Positions 55,862-64,000 of a stretch of 64,000 nt of DNA are shown here, one piece after another. Within the stretch, counting starts at the first letter, position 1, and every line of letters starts with the position of its first letter. The notes under the pieces are model-generated. The model ran no database searches, was not told where the DNA came from, and worked only from the letters and a program-made list of their open reading frames with translations. Origin of the DNA: Actinomycetota bacterium. GTDB taxonomy: Bacteria; Actinomycetota; UBA4738; HRBIN12. A program made the translations under genes and the position numbers. Location: NCBI GenBank assembly GCA_036505195.1, contig DASXTX010000006.1, positions 11,553 through 75,552 on the forward strand. The letters are read 5' to 3'.

Positions 55862-56071
55862 CCCTCGATTATGGTCCGACCGTCATTTCGCCCGCGCGAG
55901 CAGCACCCAGACGGCGCCCGGGTCCGCCTCCACGGCCACGTCTCCGACGGGTCCACGCATCGGGAACGTCGTCACGCCCCTGGTCAGGGCGTCGATCGCC
56001 GAGGTGAGGCGTTTGTCGGGCTTCGGGGTGCCCGCATAGCATGAGCGTCTCGCGAACGAGGGAGGTCCAGC

Positions 56072-56305
56072 GTGGTCCAGGCCTACATCCTGATCCAGAC
56101 CGAGGTCGGCAAGGCCGCCCAGGTCGCCAAGGAGGTCCGCGACATCGCCGGCGTCGCCGAGGCCGAGGACGTGACGGGGCCCTACGACGTGATCGTGCGC
56201 GCCGAGGCGAAGAACGTCGACGAGCTGGGCAAGCTGGTCGTCGCGAAGATCCAGGGCGTCGAGGGGATCACTCGGACGCTCACCTGCCCCGTCGTCCACC
56301 TGTAG
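56072..56305 (+). CDS. stand-alone Lrp/AsnC-type ligand-binding (RAM) domain protein
   Basis: 77 aa with MVQAYILIQTEVGK...TGPYDVIVRAEAKNVDELGKLV...VEGITRTLT. Confidence 0.75.
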   Translation: MVQAYILIQTEVGKAAQVAKEVRDIAGVAEAEDVTGPYDVIVRAEAKNVDELGKLVVAKIQGVEGITRTLTCPVVHL

Positions 56306-56310
56306 ACCGA

Positions 56311-56334
56311 GCCGGGCCTCGCCGCCGGCCCGGC
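56311..56334. terminator. GC hairpin between the convergent RAM-domain gene and ddl
   Basis: GCCGGGCC-TCGCCGCC-GGCCCGGC, an 8-bp GC stem, lying between the stops at 56305 and 56336. Confidence 0.45.
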
Positions 56335-56335
56335 G

Positions 56336-57442
56336 TCAGACCCCCGTTCCTCGTTTGCGTTCGGCCTCGTGGCGCTCGATCGCGAGCTCGATCAGCCGGT
56401 CGACGAGCTCGGGGTAGGGCAGGCCCGAGGCCTCCCACAGCCGCGGGTACATCGAGATCCCGGTGAACCCAGGGATCGTGTTGACCTCGTTGACCAACAC
56501 GCGCCCGTCCTGCATCAGGAAGAAGTCGACCCGCGCCATCCCCGCCCCGTCGATCGCCCGGAACGCGGCGACCGCCAGGCGCTGGAGCTCCTCGAGCGTC
56601 CCCGGCGGGACGTCGGCCGGGATCACCAGCTCGGCGCCGTGCTCGTCGAGGTACTTGGCCTCGAAGTCGTAGAACGTGTGACCCCGAGGGACGATCTCGC
56701 CCGCGACCGAGGCCACCGGATCATCGTTCCCGAGCACCGAGACCTCGAGCTCGCGCGCGCCGGTGGCTGCGCGTTCGAGCACTGCCTTGCGGCCGAACCG
56801 GAGGGACGTCTCCAGGGCTCCCCGCAGCCGCGACGGGTCGTCGACCCGCTCGATCCCGATCGAGGACCCGAGCGCCGCCGGCTTGGCGAACAGCGGGTAG
56901 CCCAGATGGGCGGCGCGCGCCTCGACGGCGTCGGGATCCTCCTCCCAGTCGCGCTCGTGCACGACCTCGTACGGTACCCCGGGGATCCCCGCGGCGGCGA
57001 ACAGCACCTTCTGCACGGCCTTGTCCATCCCCACCGCCGAGGCCAGCACGCCCGCACCGACGTAGGGCACGCCGGCCATCTCGAGGAATCCCTGGATCGA
57101 TCCGTCCTCGCCGTAGGGGCCGTGCATCACGGGGAAGACCACGTCGATCGGCGTTCGAGAACCGTCCCCGGACACCAGCGCCTGCGCGTCCGGCTCCTGG
57201 TCGAGTGCGATCTCGGTGCCCGAACCCGGGGCGACGTCGGCGAGCGCCTCCGGCGACGCCCCCGCGGGCAGTGCCGGCGGACCCGCCGGCAGGAGCTCCC
57301 ACCGGCCCTCCTTCGTCACCCCGATCGCGAGGACCTCGTACCGGTCCGGGTCGAGCGCGTCGATCACGGACCGGGCCGAGAGCACGCTGATCTCGTGTTC
57401 GGCCGAGCGACCCCCGAACACGACGGCGACGCGCCGCTTCAC
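56336..57442 (-). CDS. ddl: D-alanine--D-alanine ligase
   Basis: VAVVFGGRSAEHEISVLS start and ATP-grasp motifs (FPVMHGPYGEDGSIQG, NEVNTIPGFT). GTG 57442 overlaps the upstream stop (GTGA). Confidence 0.9.
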   Translation of the reverse strand: MKRRVAVVFGGRSAEHEISVLSARSVIDALDPDRYEVLAIGVTKEGRWELLPAGPPALPAGASPEALADVAPGSGTEIALDQEPDAQALVSGDGSRTPIDVVFPVMHGPYGEDGSIQGFLEMAGVPYVGAGVLASAVGMDKAVQKVLFAAAGIPGVPYEVVHERDWEEDPDAVEARAAHLGYPLFAKPAALGSSIGIERVDDPSRLRGALETSLRFGRKAVLERAATGARELEVSVLGNDDPVASVAGEIVPRGHTFYDFEAKYLDEHGAELVIPADVPPGTLEELQRLAVAAFRAIDGAGMARVDFFLMQDGRVLVNEVNTIPGFTGISMYPRLWEASGLPYPELVDRLIELAIERHEAERKRGTGV

Positions 57443-58641
57443 ACCTTCTCCAGCGCGCGCTCGACGTCCTCGATCAGGTCCTCGACGTCCTCCAGACCCA
57501 CGCTCAGCCGGATCAGGCCGTCGGCGATGCCGGCAGCCCGGCGGGCGTCGGCGTCGAGCTGCCGATGGGTCGTCGAGGCGGCGTGGCACACGAGCGTATG
57601 GATCCCGCCGAGGCTCGCGGCCACCCAGATCAGCTCGAGCGCGTCGCAGAAGCGCTGCCCGGCCTCGACCCCGCCCACGACCTCGAATGCGGCCATCCCG
57701 CCGAACCCGCGAGGGAGCATCCGCCGCGCCACCTCGTGCTGCGGGTGGGACGGGAGCCCGGGGTAATGCACGGCCTGGATCTTCGGGTGGCGCTCGAGCC
57801 ACCCGGCGAGCCCGAGCGCCGTCCGGCCGTGGCGGTCCATCCGCACCTGCAGCGTCGACAGGCCCCGCATCGACAGCCACGCCTCGAGGGGTGCGAGCGT
57901 CCCACCGGTCTCGATCACCGTGGAGCGCAGCGCCGCCATCCGCTCCTCGGACGTGCAGACGATGCCGCCGATCAGATCGTTGTGGCCGCCGATGTACTTG
58001 GTCGCCGAATGCACGACGTAGGCGAACCCGAAGGACGCCGGGGTGCACAGGTACGGCGACGCGAACGTGTTGTCGACCACGCTCGGGACGCCGGCCGCCG
58101 ACGCGAGCGGCGCGAGCGCCTCGAGGTCGGACACCGTCACGTTCGGGTTCGCGATCGTCTCGACGTAGAGCATCGCCGCGCCGGGCAGCGCCGCCCGGAC
58201 CGCGTCCGGATCGTGCGGGTCCACGAAGCGCACGTCGATCCCGTAGCGCGGCAGCACGTGCGCGAACAGCGAGTAGGTGCCGCCGTACAGCTCGTTGCTC
58301 GCCACGATCGTGTCGCCGTTCGCGGCCAGAGTCGTGGCGACCGTGTGGATCGCCGCCATCCCCGACGCGAACGACAGCGCCGACTCGGTCCCCTCGAGCT
58401 CGGCCATCACGCGTTCGAACGCGAGGAGCGTGGGGTTCCCGTAGCCGCGCGTGTAGGTGAAGCCGGGCCGGCGGAAGTTGATCGTCTCGGCGAATCCGTC
58501 GGAGGTGTCGAACCGGAACGTGGAGGTCTGGAAGATCGGGACGCTGGGTGTGTCCTGCTCCACGGGCGGCAACGCCTGGCCGTGGATCGCACGGGTGGCG
58601 AACCCTCGATCGCGGTCCTCGGGATCGTGGTCGCGTGGCAC
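57439..58641 (-). CDS. PLP-dependent trans-sulfuration family enzyme (cystathionine gamma-synthase/lyase or O-acylhomoserine sulfhydrylase type)
   Basis: Cys/Met metabolism PLP family with NPT, SATKYIGGHNDLIGG (PLP lysine), and RLSVGLED. Exact specificity cannot be resolved by eye. Confidence 0.8.
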   Translation of the reverse strand: MPRDHDPEDRDRGFATRAIHGQALPPVEQDTPSVPIFQTSTFRFDTSDGFAETINFRRPGFTYTRGYGNPTLLAFERVMAELEGTESALSFASGMAAIHTVATTLAANGDTIVASNELYGGTYSLFAHVLPRYGIDVRFVDPHDPDAVRAALPGAAMLYVETIANPNVTVSDLEALAPLASAAGVPSVVDNTFASPYLCTPASFGFAYVVHSATKYIGGHNDLIGGIVCTSEERMAALRSTVIETGGTLAPLEAWLSMRGLSTLQVRMDRHGRTALGLAGWLERHPKIQAVHYPGLPSHPQHEVARRMLPRGFGGMAAFEVVGGVEAGQRFCDALELIWVAASLGGIHTLVCHAASTTHRQLDADARRAAGIADGLIRLSVGLEDVEDLIEDVERALEKV

Positions 58642-58650
58642 GGCCCCAGC

Positions 58651-59325
58651 CTACCCGGGTGTCCAGCGCGCGGGATATCGGTCGCGGAGCTCGACCACGA
58701 GCTTGCCGAGCTCAACCATCAGGTCGTCCGTGGATGCGCGGAGCGCACGGCCGTCGGGCTCGCCCTCGAGCCGTTCGGTCGGGTCGAACGGCTCCCCCGC
58801 GGCCACCCAGATCGGCCGCCCGAACTCCAGGCTCTGGCGCCCCGACTTGCGCCAGACGAACTGACCCCCCCAGGTGGCGACCGGCAGGATCGGGATCCCC
58901 GTGGCGATCGACAGCCGGACGGCGCCGGTCTTGCCACGACCCGGCGAGAAGTCCTCGTTCGTCGTGGTGGTCGTCCCCTCCGGATAGATCACGACCACCT
59001 CGCCCTGCTCGACCGCGCGAGTGGCGTCGTCGATCGGCGACCGATCGCCCGCTCCGCGCTGAACCGAGATCTGGTGCGCCCCGCGCAGCACCGTCCCGAC
59101 GAACGGGGCGTCGAACAGCTCCTGCTTCGCGAGGAACCGGGGCCGGCGCCCCGCCTTGACCACGAAGACGCCGTGCGCGAACGGGTCCAGGTAGGAGAGG
59201 TGGTTCCCCGCGATGATGGCCGGCCCCTCCGCGGGAACCCTCTCCAGCCCCTCCAACCGCCAGTTGAACCAGAGCCGGAAGGGGGGGACCAACGCGAGCT
59301 CGGCCGCTCGGTACCACGGTTCCAC
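58651..59325 (-). CDS. plsC: 1-acyl-sn-glycerol-3-phosphate acyltransferase family
   Basis: NHLSYLDP (HX4D) and YPEGTT motifs. GAAGGAGG SD lies 6 nt before GTG 59325. Confidence 0.82.
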   Translation of the reverse strand: MEPWYRAAELALVPPFRLWFNWRLEGLERVPAEGPAIIAGNHLSYLDPFAHGVFVVKAGRRPRFLAKQELFDAPFVGTVLRGAHQISVQRGAGDRSPIDDATRAVEQGEVVVIYPEGTTTTTNEDFSPGRGKTGAVRLSIATGIPILPVATWGGQFVWRKSGRQSLEFGRPIWVAAGEPFDPTERLEGEPDGRALRASTDDLMVELGKLVVELRDRYPARWTPG

Positions 59326-59424
59326 GACGCGCCTCCTTCGGGGCGGCGATGCTACCGCGTAGCTTCGCGGGCCGATGACACGGTCCGGCGCTTCGATACG
59401 CCGCCGGGGTACTAGCCTCTGGTC

Positions 59425-60063
59425 ATGCGCGTCGTGGCCGTGCCCGTCAAGTCGCTCTCGCGCTCGAAGACGCGGCTGTCCCCCGCCCTGACGGGGCTCG
59501 AGCGCGGCGCGCTCACGCTCGCGATGCTCGAGGACGTCCTGGACGCGGCGCTCTCGGTGCCCGGCTGGGAGACCTGGGTGGTCTCGCCCGACGAGGTGGC
59601 GCTCGAGATCGCGGCCGGCCGGGGCGCCCGACCGATCCCCGAAGCCAAGCCTCCGCTCGCGAACGCGATCCGCCAGGTCGAGACGAAGGCGAAGGAGGAC
59701 GGTGCGAGCGCGCTCGCGGTGCTGCCGGCCGACGTTCCGCTCGTCACCGTCGACACGCTCCACGAAGCCCTACGAACGCTCGGAGCGGTCGTCCTCGCGC
59801 GCTCGGCGGACGGATCGGGAACCAGCCTGCTCCTGCGACGCCCGCCGCGGGCGATCCCGGCCAGGTTCGGGCCCGACTCGTTCCGACGGCACGTGGAGCT
59901 CGCCGAGGGGCGCGGCCTGCCGGTCTCCATCGTCGAGCGCCGCGAGCTGTCGTTCGACGTCGATCGCCCCGACGATATCCTCACGCTGCTCGCCGACGGC
60001 CGGCGAGGGCGGACCCGAGAGGTCTGCCTCCAGATGGATCTCGGCGCGCGCCTGCGGGCGTAG
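59425..60063 (+). CDS. cofC: 2-phospho-L-lactate (or phosphoenolpyruvate) guanylyltransferase, F420 biosynthesis
   Basis: CofC/FbiD-like with VPVKSLSRSKTRL, LPADVPLV, and DGSGTSLL. Confidence 0.7.
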   Translation: MRVVAVPVKSLSRSKTRLSPALTGLERGALTLAMLEDVLDAALSVPGWETWVVSPDEVALEIAAGRGARPIPEAKPPLANAIRQVETKAKEDGASALAVLPADVPLVTVDTLHEALRTLGAVVLARSADGSGTSLLLRRPPRAIPARFGPDSFRRHVELAEGRGLPVSIVERRELSFDVDRPDDILTLLADGRRGRTREVCLQMDLGARLRA

Positions 60064-60077
60064 CTCGGGAGGGCTCG

Positions 60078-60284
60078 ATGCCACAGGGGACGATCAAGGA
60101 CTTCGAGGACGAGGAGCGGATCGGCAGCCTGCTGATGGACGACCGCACCGAGGTGGCGATCGACGCCGTCTCGGTCGAGGGCTCGGGCCTGCGTTCGCTG
60201 CGGATCGGGCAACGCGTCCGGTTCGACCTGGTGGACGAGGCCGGACGCAAGGTCGCGAGGAACCTGCAGATCGTGACGCTGTAG
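60078..60284 (+). CDS. small cold-shock-domain-like protein
   Basis: 68 aa with an OB-like pattern (GTIKDFEDEERIGSLL...GQRVRFDLV) but lacking canonical RNP1/RNP2 motifs. Confidence 0.5.
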   Translation: MPQGTIKDFEDEERIGSLLMDDRTEVAIDAVSVEGSGLRSLRIGQRVRFDLVDEAGRKVARNLQIVTL

Positions 60285-60320
60285 CACGGAGCGAACGACG
60301 AGCGACGGCTCTTCGAACGG

Positions 60321-60626
60321 CTAGCGCCTGGCGGGGACGCGTCGCCGCTTGGACGCGACCATCTCGCGGAACTCCTTGCCGGCGGTGAACCACGGCAGGT
60401 CGCGCGCGGGCACCACGATGGGCGTCATCGGCTTGCGTGGGTTCCGCGCGATCCTCTTGTTCCGGCGCTTGCGTTCGAAGGTCCCGAACCCGACCAGGGA
60501 GACCCGCTCGCCGCGCGACACCGACTCCCGGATCACATCCATGGACGAATCGATCATGCGACCGACGTCCGCCTTGCTCGCGCCCGTGCGCTTGGCTACC
60601 TCGGCGATCAATCCGTTCTTGTTCAC
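60321..60626 (-). CDS. hup: HU/IHF-family nucleoid-associated protein
   Basis: NKNGLIAEVAKRTG...VSLVGFGTFERKRRNKRIARNPR. Start at GTG 60626. Basic C-terminal tail. Confidence 0.85.
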   Translation of the reverse strand: MNKNGLIAEVAKRTGASKADVGRMIDSSMDVIRESVSRGERVSLVGFGTFERKRRNKRIARNPRKPMTPIVVPARDLPWFTAGKEFREMVASKRRRVPARR

Positions 60627-60712
60627 GTCGCCACCCCCAGGATCCGCTCCGGCACCGTACGCACGCGACCGGCCGCTGGTCAATGCCGCGTTGGCGTGCA
60701 ACCATCTTGCCC

Positions 60713-61354
60713 ATGAGAAGGGTTCCGACGCTACTCGTTTCCCTGATCACCCTCCTTCCATGCGTGGCCTGTGCGCAAGACTCCGGACGGGAGTTCGCCC
60801 GCTACTACGACGAGCGGGGACTGTTTGCCCTGAACCTGCCCGCGGCCAACGACATCATCGTGACCCCGCCGCAGCCGGCTGAGAGCGGTCCGGGTTTCCT
60901 TTCCGGCGTGGTCTCGAGCCCGCCCGCGCCGAGCCCCTCCCCCGCCTCCGGAGCGCTCGGGGGCATCGACGTGGCCGCGCAGGGCGAACCGGACCAGACG
61001 GTCTACCAGGCCTTCGCCGTGACGGCCGACAGCTTCGACGACCTCGATCAGATGGCGCTCCACTTCCTGACCCGCAACCCGATCGTCGACGTCGTGATCG
61101 ACGATCCGACGCGGCTAGACGGCGACCCCGCGCGGCTGATCGTCGCGGACATCGATCAAGGCGGCGAGGTCACCTCCAGCGTCGCCGCGGCGATGACGCT
61201 CGGCGACGGGGCGACGGGATACCTGATCGTCGCGCTCTTCCCCCCCGGTGGCTGGGACGAGGAACGCGACGACTTCGAGCGGATCGTGCGATCGTTCCGA
61301 ACGGACGTGCCGCCCGGACTCGAGACGTTCCCCGTGGCCGGTCAGGCCTCCTGA
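60713..61354 (+). CDS. putative lipoprotein, unknown function
   Basis: MRRVPTLLVSLITLLPCVACAQD signal/lipobox-like N-terminus. No family recognised. Confidence 0.6.
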   Translation: MRRVPTLLVSLITLLPCVACAQDSGREFARYYDERGLFALNLPAANDIIVTPPQPAESGPGFLSGVVSSPPAPSPSPASGALGGIDVAAQGEPDQTVYQAFAVTADSFDDLDQMALHFLTRNPIVDVVIDDPTRLDGDPARLIVADIDQGGEVTSSVAAAMTLGDGATGYLIVALFPPGGWDEERDDFERIVRSFRTDVPPGLETFPVAGQAS

Positions 61355-61371
61355 TAGCATCCGAACCCCAC

Positions 61372-61408
61372 TGGCCCGTGGGGTATCGGTGGCCCGGCTG
61401 ACTCTGGA
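61372..61408 (+). pseudogene. orphan 5' half of tRNA-Gln (acceptor 5' arm to anticodon loop)
   Basis: 35 of 37 nt are identical to 63170-63206 of the intact tRNA-Gln. Downstream sequence cannot complete the anticodon stem or T arm. Confidence 0.8.
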
Positions 61409-61506
61409 GTATCTTCGGCCGAGCGGAGTGCATCCACGCCTTCCCTCTTCGCTGGACCGGAGCATGAGCGGGAAGTTGGTTGGGGGCCAGAAGAGAGGAA
61501 TCAATC

Positions 61507-61911
61507 ATGGACTGGGAGCCGATCAAGCGGACGGGGAAGCCGGATCCACGCAGCGTCGACGAACGAACGGGAACGACCCGGATCGTCCTTCACTTCCCGA
61601 TCTCGGCGTCGCCGCCGCGTGAGTGGAGGGAGTTCTTCGAGTCCAGGCATCGGGGACAGGAGTACCCGCCACTCACCATTCAAGAGGCGGAGGTCATCGT
61701 CCTTCCTCTCGAGAGCGAAGAAGAGTTCATCACCTGGACGGAGAACGTAGACAGGGATATCCAGCTGTCGAACGAGTTCTACGTACAGGTCCTCACCGAG
61801 GAGCAACAGCAGCGGAACGTGGCCCAAGGGGCGGAGGAGGAGCGGCTGCGGAAGCTCGAGCAGGCTCGCACCTGGACCGAGGGGCTCGATCCACCTGAGT
61901 CCTCTTCGTAG
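61507..61911 (+). CDS. hypothetical protein (islet-encoded)
   Basis: ATG 61507 is preceded by GAGAGGA SD. 134 aa with a charged, coiled C-terminus. No family recognised. Confidence 0.55.
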   Translation: MDWEPIKRTGKPDPRSVDERTGTTRIVLHFPISASPPREWREFFESRHRGQEYPPLTIQEAEVIVLPLESEEEFITWTENVDRDIQLSNEFYVQVLTEEQQQRNVAQGAEEERLRKLEQARTWTEGLDPPESSS

Positions 61912-62334
61912 AACCGGACCGCCTGCGGACCAGCTTCCTTCGCTCTGTCGGGGCCATGATCGACGCCATCGCCAGGTCGATCTCGGCGCCGCGACGAACT
62001 CGAGCGCGCGGCGAAGCCTCACCCCGGAAGTCCCGCCAATCAGCCCTTTGGCTGACTGTCAGGAGGCCAGGGCGAGCACATAATCCGCCTGCGGGGAGTC
62101 CTGAACCCCCCTTCGGGTTCGGGAGGGCGCTTCCCTGGCGGCGCTTGCCCCGAGGACAGGTGCCGCCGTGGCCCACGGCGTCCTAGGCGTCGAGAGGGGC
62201 TTCCCGCCCTACCTCACCGGGAGCCACCGACCATCGAGGACCTGCGGATGGTCAAGTGCCGAAGTTTTGAAATGTCTGCCCGTGGGTAGTCGCGCAATCC
62301 GGATACGGGCGAGGCCCGAAAGGAGGCCGTCGGG

Positions 62335-63111
62335 ATGAGGCGATTGCTTGTGATCGTTGTAGGACTGCTCCTGTTCGCTCTCGTGCCAGGATCGGCTGGC
62401 GCCATTACGAACGGTCAGAAGGACACCGAGAACAAGTACCCGTTCGTGGGCCTGCTGGCCTTCTATGATGCGGACGGCGAGTACATGCACCGATGCACTG
62501 GCACGCTCATCTCGCCCACGGTGGTTCTCTCCGCGGCACATTGCACGATCGGCACCGCGACGGCGTACGCGTATTTCTCAGTCGAAGTGCCCGATGACTT
62601 CAGGGAGAACCCCACAGGCGTCCTCGGAACCACATACACCCACCCGGATTACAACCCCAACACCGGCTACAACGACGTGGGCGTTGTGGTTCTCGATGAG
62701 GCGGTGAGTCTCAGCCAGTACCCCGTGCTGGCTCCCGAGGGGTTCCTCACTGACCTGAAAGCCGCGGGCGAAATCCGGGACGACACGTTTGTGGCTGTCG
62801 GCTACGGCCTCTTGGACGGGTGGCCGCCTCCGAACCTCGTGACCAACGAGGACCGCTGGTACGTCTCCTCCCCCTATGGGGGACTGAGGAAGAACAACTT
62901 GCTCCTGTTGCAGAACCCAGTCCCAACCGGCCTGGGCGGGACCTGTTTCGGTGACTCCGGTGGTCCGCACTTTTGGCAGGACACGCTCATCATCGTCTCC
63001 GTCACGAGCTGGGGTGATGCGATCTGCCGGGCCTCCGACATGACCCAGCGGACCGACATCGCGTCGGTGTTGGACTGGTTGGAAGAGGAGTTCAGCGTCA
63101 CACCGGCATAG
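62335..63111 (+). CDS. secreted trypsin-like (S1 family) serine protease
   Basis: Signal peptide and catalytic triad contexts LSAAHC, YNDVGVVVL, and CFGDSGGPH. AAAGGAGG SD precedes the ATG. Confidence 0.85.
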   Translation: MRRLLVIVVGLLLFALVPGSAGAITNGQKDTENKYPFVGLLAFYDADGEYMHRCTGTLISPTVVLSAAHCTIGTATAYAYFSVEVPDDFRENPTGVLGTTYTHPDYNPNTGYNDVGVVVLDEAVSLSQYPVLAPEGFLTDLKAAGEIRDDTFVAVGYGLLDGWPPPNLVTNEDRWYVSSPYGGLRKNNLLLLQNPVPTGLGGTCFGDSGGPHFWQDTLIIVSVTSWGDAICRASDMTQRTDIASVLDWLEEEFSVTPA

Positions 63112-63141
63112 GTCGAGACGCGTGCTACCGCTCCCCACGAG

Positions 63142-63172
63142 CCAGAGGGCGCTGTTAGCATGGCGCCTCTGG
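63142..63172 (+). terminator. imperfect hairpin after the protease gene, touching the tRNA 5' end
   Basis: CCAGAGGGCGC-(10 nt)-GCGCCTCTGG, about 10 bp with one bulge. Confidence 0.35.
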
Positions 63173-63240
63173 CCCGTGGGGTAACGGTAGCCCGGCTGAC
63201 TCTGGATCAGTTAGTCCTGGTTCGAATCCAGGCGGGCCAG
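63170..63240 (+). tRNA. tRNA-Gln (anticodon CUG)
   Basis: Hand-folded cloverleaf. Acceptor is TGGCCCG/CGGGCCA with U1-A72 (typical of bacterial tRNA-Gln). D stem is GGGT/GCCC. Anticodon stem is GCTGA/TCAGT with loop CT-CTG-GA. T arm is CCTGG-TTCGAAT-CCAGG. No encoded CCA. Confidence 0.85.
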
Positions 63241-63323
63241 CTACCGCGGATCGCTACCGGCGCCCAGTCGAGACCGCCGGCGTTCCATCGCGTCCAACGA
63301 GTGGGTGAGCGCGTCGCGCGTCG

Positions 63324-64000
63324 CTAGGGTCTCGGATCCAGGATCAGGGGCGGGATCGGATCCTGGGTGAAGTCGAACTCCTTGAGCAGGTTCCCCAGGA
63401 TCGAGGCATTCTCGCGGACCGTGGGTCGCGAGTCCGGACGGCTGAGGGTGGCCGGGTTGAGCCGCTGCTTGTCCAGGAACAGGTCCTCGATGAGCTTGAG
63501 GTAGGCGTCGAAGGACAGCGTCTGTGAGTCGATCAGCCCCGCCCGGGCCCACGGGCTGATCAGCAGGCCCGGAACGCGGATCCCGTAACCGTTGAGATCG
63601 ACCCGCGGGGGTTCGACGTGGTCGTAGAAGCCGCCCCAGTCGTCCCACGTGAGGAAGATCGCGGTCTCGTTCCAATCCGGGCCCCGCATCAGTGCGTTCA
63701 CGACGTTCGTGACGTGCCGCTGGCCCTTCCAGATCGGTGCGCCCGAGGCCGGGTGCTCGCCGACCCCGTTGTACGGCATGACCCACGAGACGGACGGCAG
63801 CGTGCCGTTCGCGGCCTGCCGGTAGAACTGGGTGTGCGTCTGGATGCGATCCATCTGACCCGTCTCGCGGATCGTGGTGAACCACGGGAGCGGGTTCTGC
63901 TGCGCGACCGTGTTCTTCGGGGGGTGACCGGGGCATGGGTCGAAGAAGCACGTGTCGTCGCCGACGTAGTACCCCCACGAGACCCCTTGCTCGTGCAGGA
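63324..64000 (-). CDS. phosphoesterase-family protein (phospholipase C/acid phosphatase type), 5' end outside window
   Basis: The frame stays open to the window edge ([15 protein letters not shown]...). It contains [13 protein letters not shown] and [14 protein letters not shown], typical of the PF04185-type phosphoesterases. Confidence 0.75.
   Translation of the reverse strand, partial: LHEQGVSWGYYVGDDTCFFDPCPGHPPKNTVAQQNPLPWFTTIRETGQMDRIQTHTQFYRQAANGTLPSVSWVMPYNGVGEHPASGAPIWKGQRHVTNVVNALMRGPDWNETAIFLTWDDWGGFYDHVEPPRVDLNGYGIRVPGLLISPWARAGLIDSQTLSFDAYLKLIEDLFLDKQRLNPATLSRPDSRPTVRENASILGNLLKEFDFTQDPIPPLILDPRP

Larger units (their letters stand above)
61372..63169. mobile_element. putative remnant genomic islet bounded by direct repeats of the tRNA-Gln 5' half
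   Basis: A direct repeat flanks the region (38 nt counting the preceding C, 2 mismatches). Sampled 60-nt stretches inside are 57-60% GC. No integrase is present. Confidence 0.4.

Noticed and set aside
61372-61445. The first tRNA-Gln-like sequence as a second functional tRNA gene.
   Set aside because: After the anticodon loop, the sequence (GTATCTTCGGCCGAGCGG...) cannot pair with the anticodon-stem 5' strand. There is no T arm and no 3' acceptor strand.
61912-62334. c-di-AMP (ydaO-type) riboswitch upstream of the secreted protease.
   Set aside because: Superficial AAUC/GGGG/CCGAA fragments are present. The conserved blocks (GGGGACCCA, GGGGUGAAUC, CAGCUAACCUCGUAAGCG) are absent, so it is kept only as an unclassified structured leader.
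63241-63978. 245-aa minus-strand ORF.
   Set aside because: It is an alternative frame of the phosphoesterase gene, which has clear family motifs in the 63324 frame. Its composition is Arg/Pro-rich.

Overview
This is a high-GC (about 70% or more by eye) actinobacterial-type chromosomal segment, almost entirely minus-strand. Many genes are coupled by 1- or 4-nt stop/start overlaps (GTGA, ATGA, TGATG). Most of the window is conserved housekeeping in an order matching Mycobacterium/Streptomyces synteny:
- trpE-trpG
- ispG ... rseP-dxr-cdsA-frr-pyrH-tsf-rpsB
- M23 peptidase, whiG-type sigma, xerC
- dprA-comM-yraN
- DUF2469-rnhB-lepB-rplS-trmD ... rimM-KH-rpsP-ffh ... ftsY-smc
- fpg-rnc-rpmF-yceD-coaD-rsmD-recG
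- rpmB, thiD, thiL, pckA, ddl, plsC, cofC, hup

The main unusual features, all read by eye from the sequence and the ORF track without any database search:
1. A GC-rich 35-60 bp intergenic repeat family (REP-like) has 6 copies at 4 loci, always in spacers of minus-strand housekeeping operons. At one locus it is translated as a C-terminal tail of RNase III and abuts an Fpg start that lacks the catalytic Pro2.
2. A lower-GC two-gene insertion encodes a tandem RAM-like small protein overlapping a class III cyclase-STAND ATPase-TPR protein.
3. A 1.8-kb lower-GC islet (hypothetical protein plus secreted trypsin-like protease with a 420-nt leader) is bracketed by a duplicated 5' half of tRNA-Gln(CUG).
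4. A 12-bp x7 in-frame tandem repeat gives 6 ATG and 2 GTG in-frame starts at the 5' end of the KH-domain gene of the rpsP operon.
5. An ECF sigma/anti-sigma/membrane trio is inserted between rimM and trmD, and a lone receiver-domain gene sits between ftsY and ffh.
6. A multiply frameshifted response-regulator pseudogene lies between rpmB and thiD.
7. Low-complexity extensions occur on S2, L19, CdsA and the WhiG-type sigma.

No CRISPR array, rRNA or intact transposase/integrase was seen. Start codons are inferred, because the leading M in the ORF track may stand for GTG or TTG.
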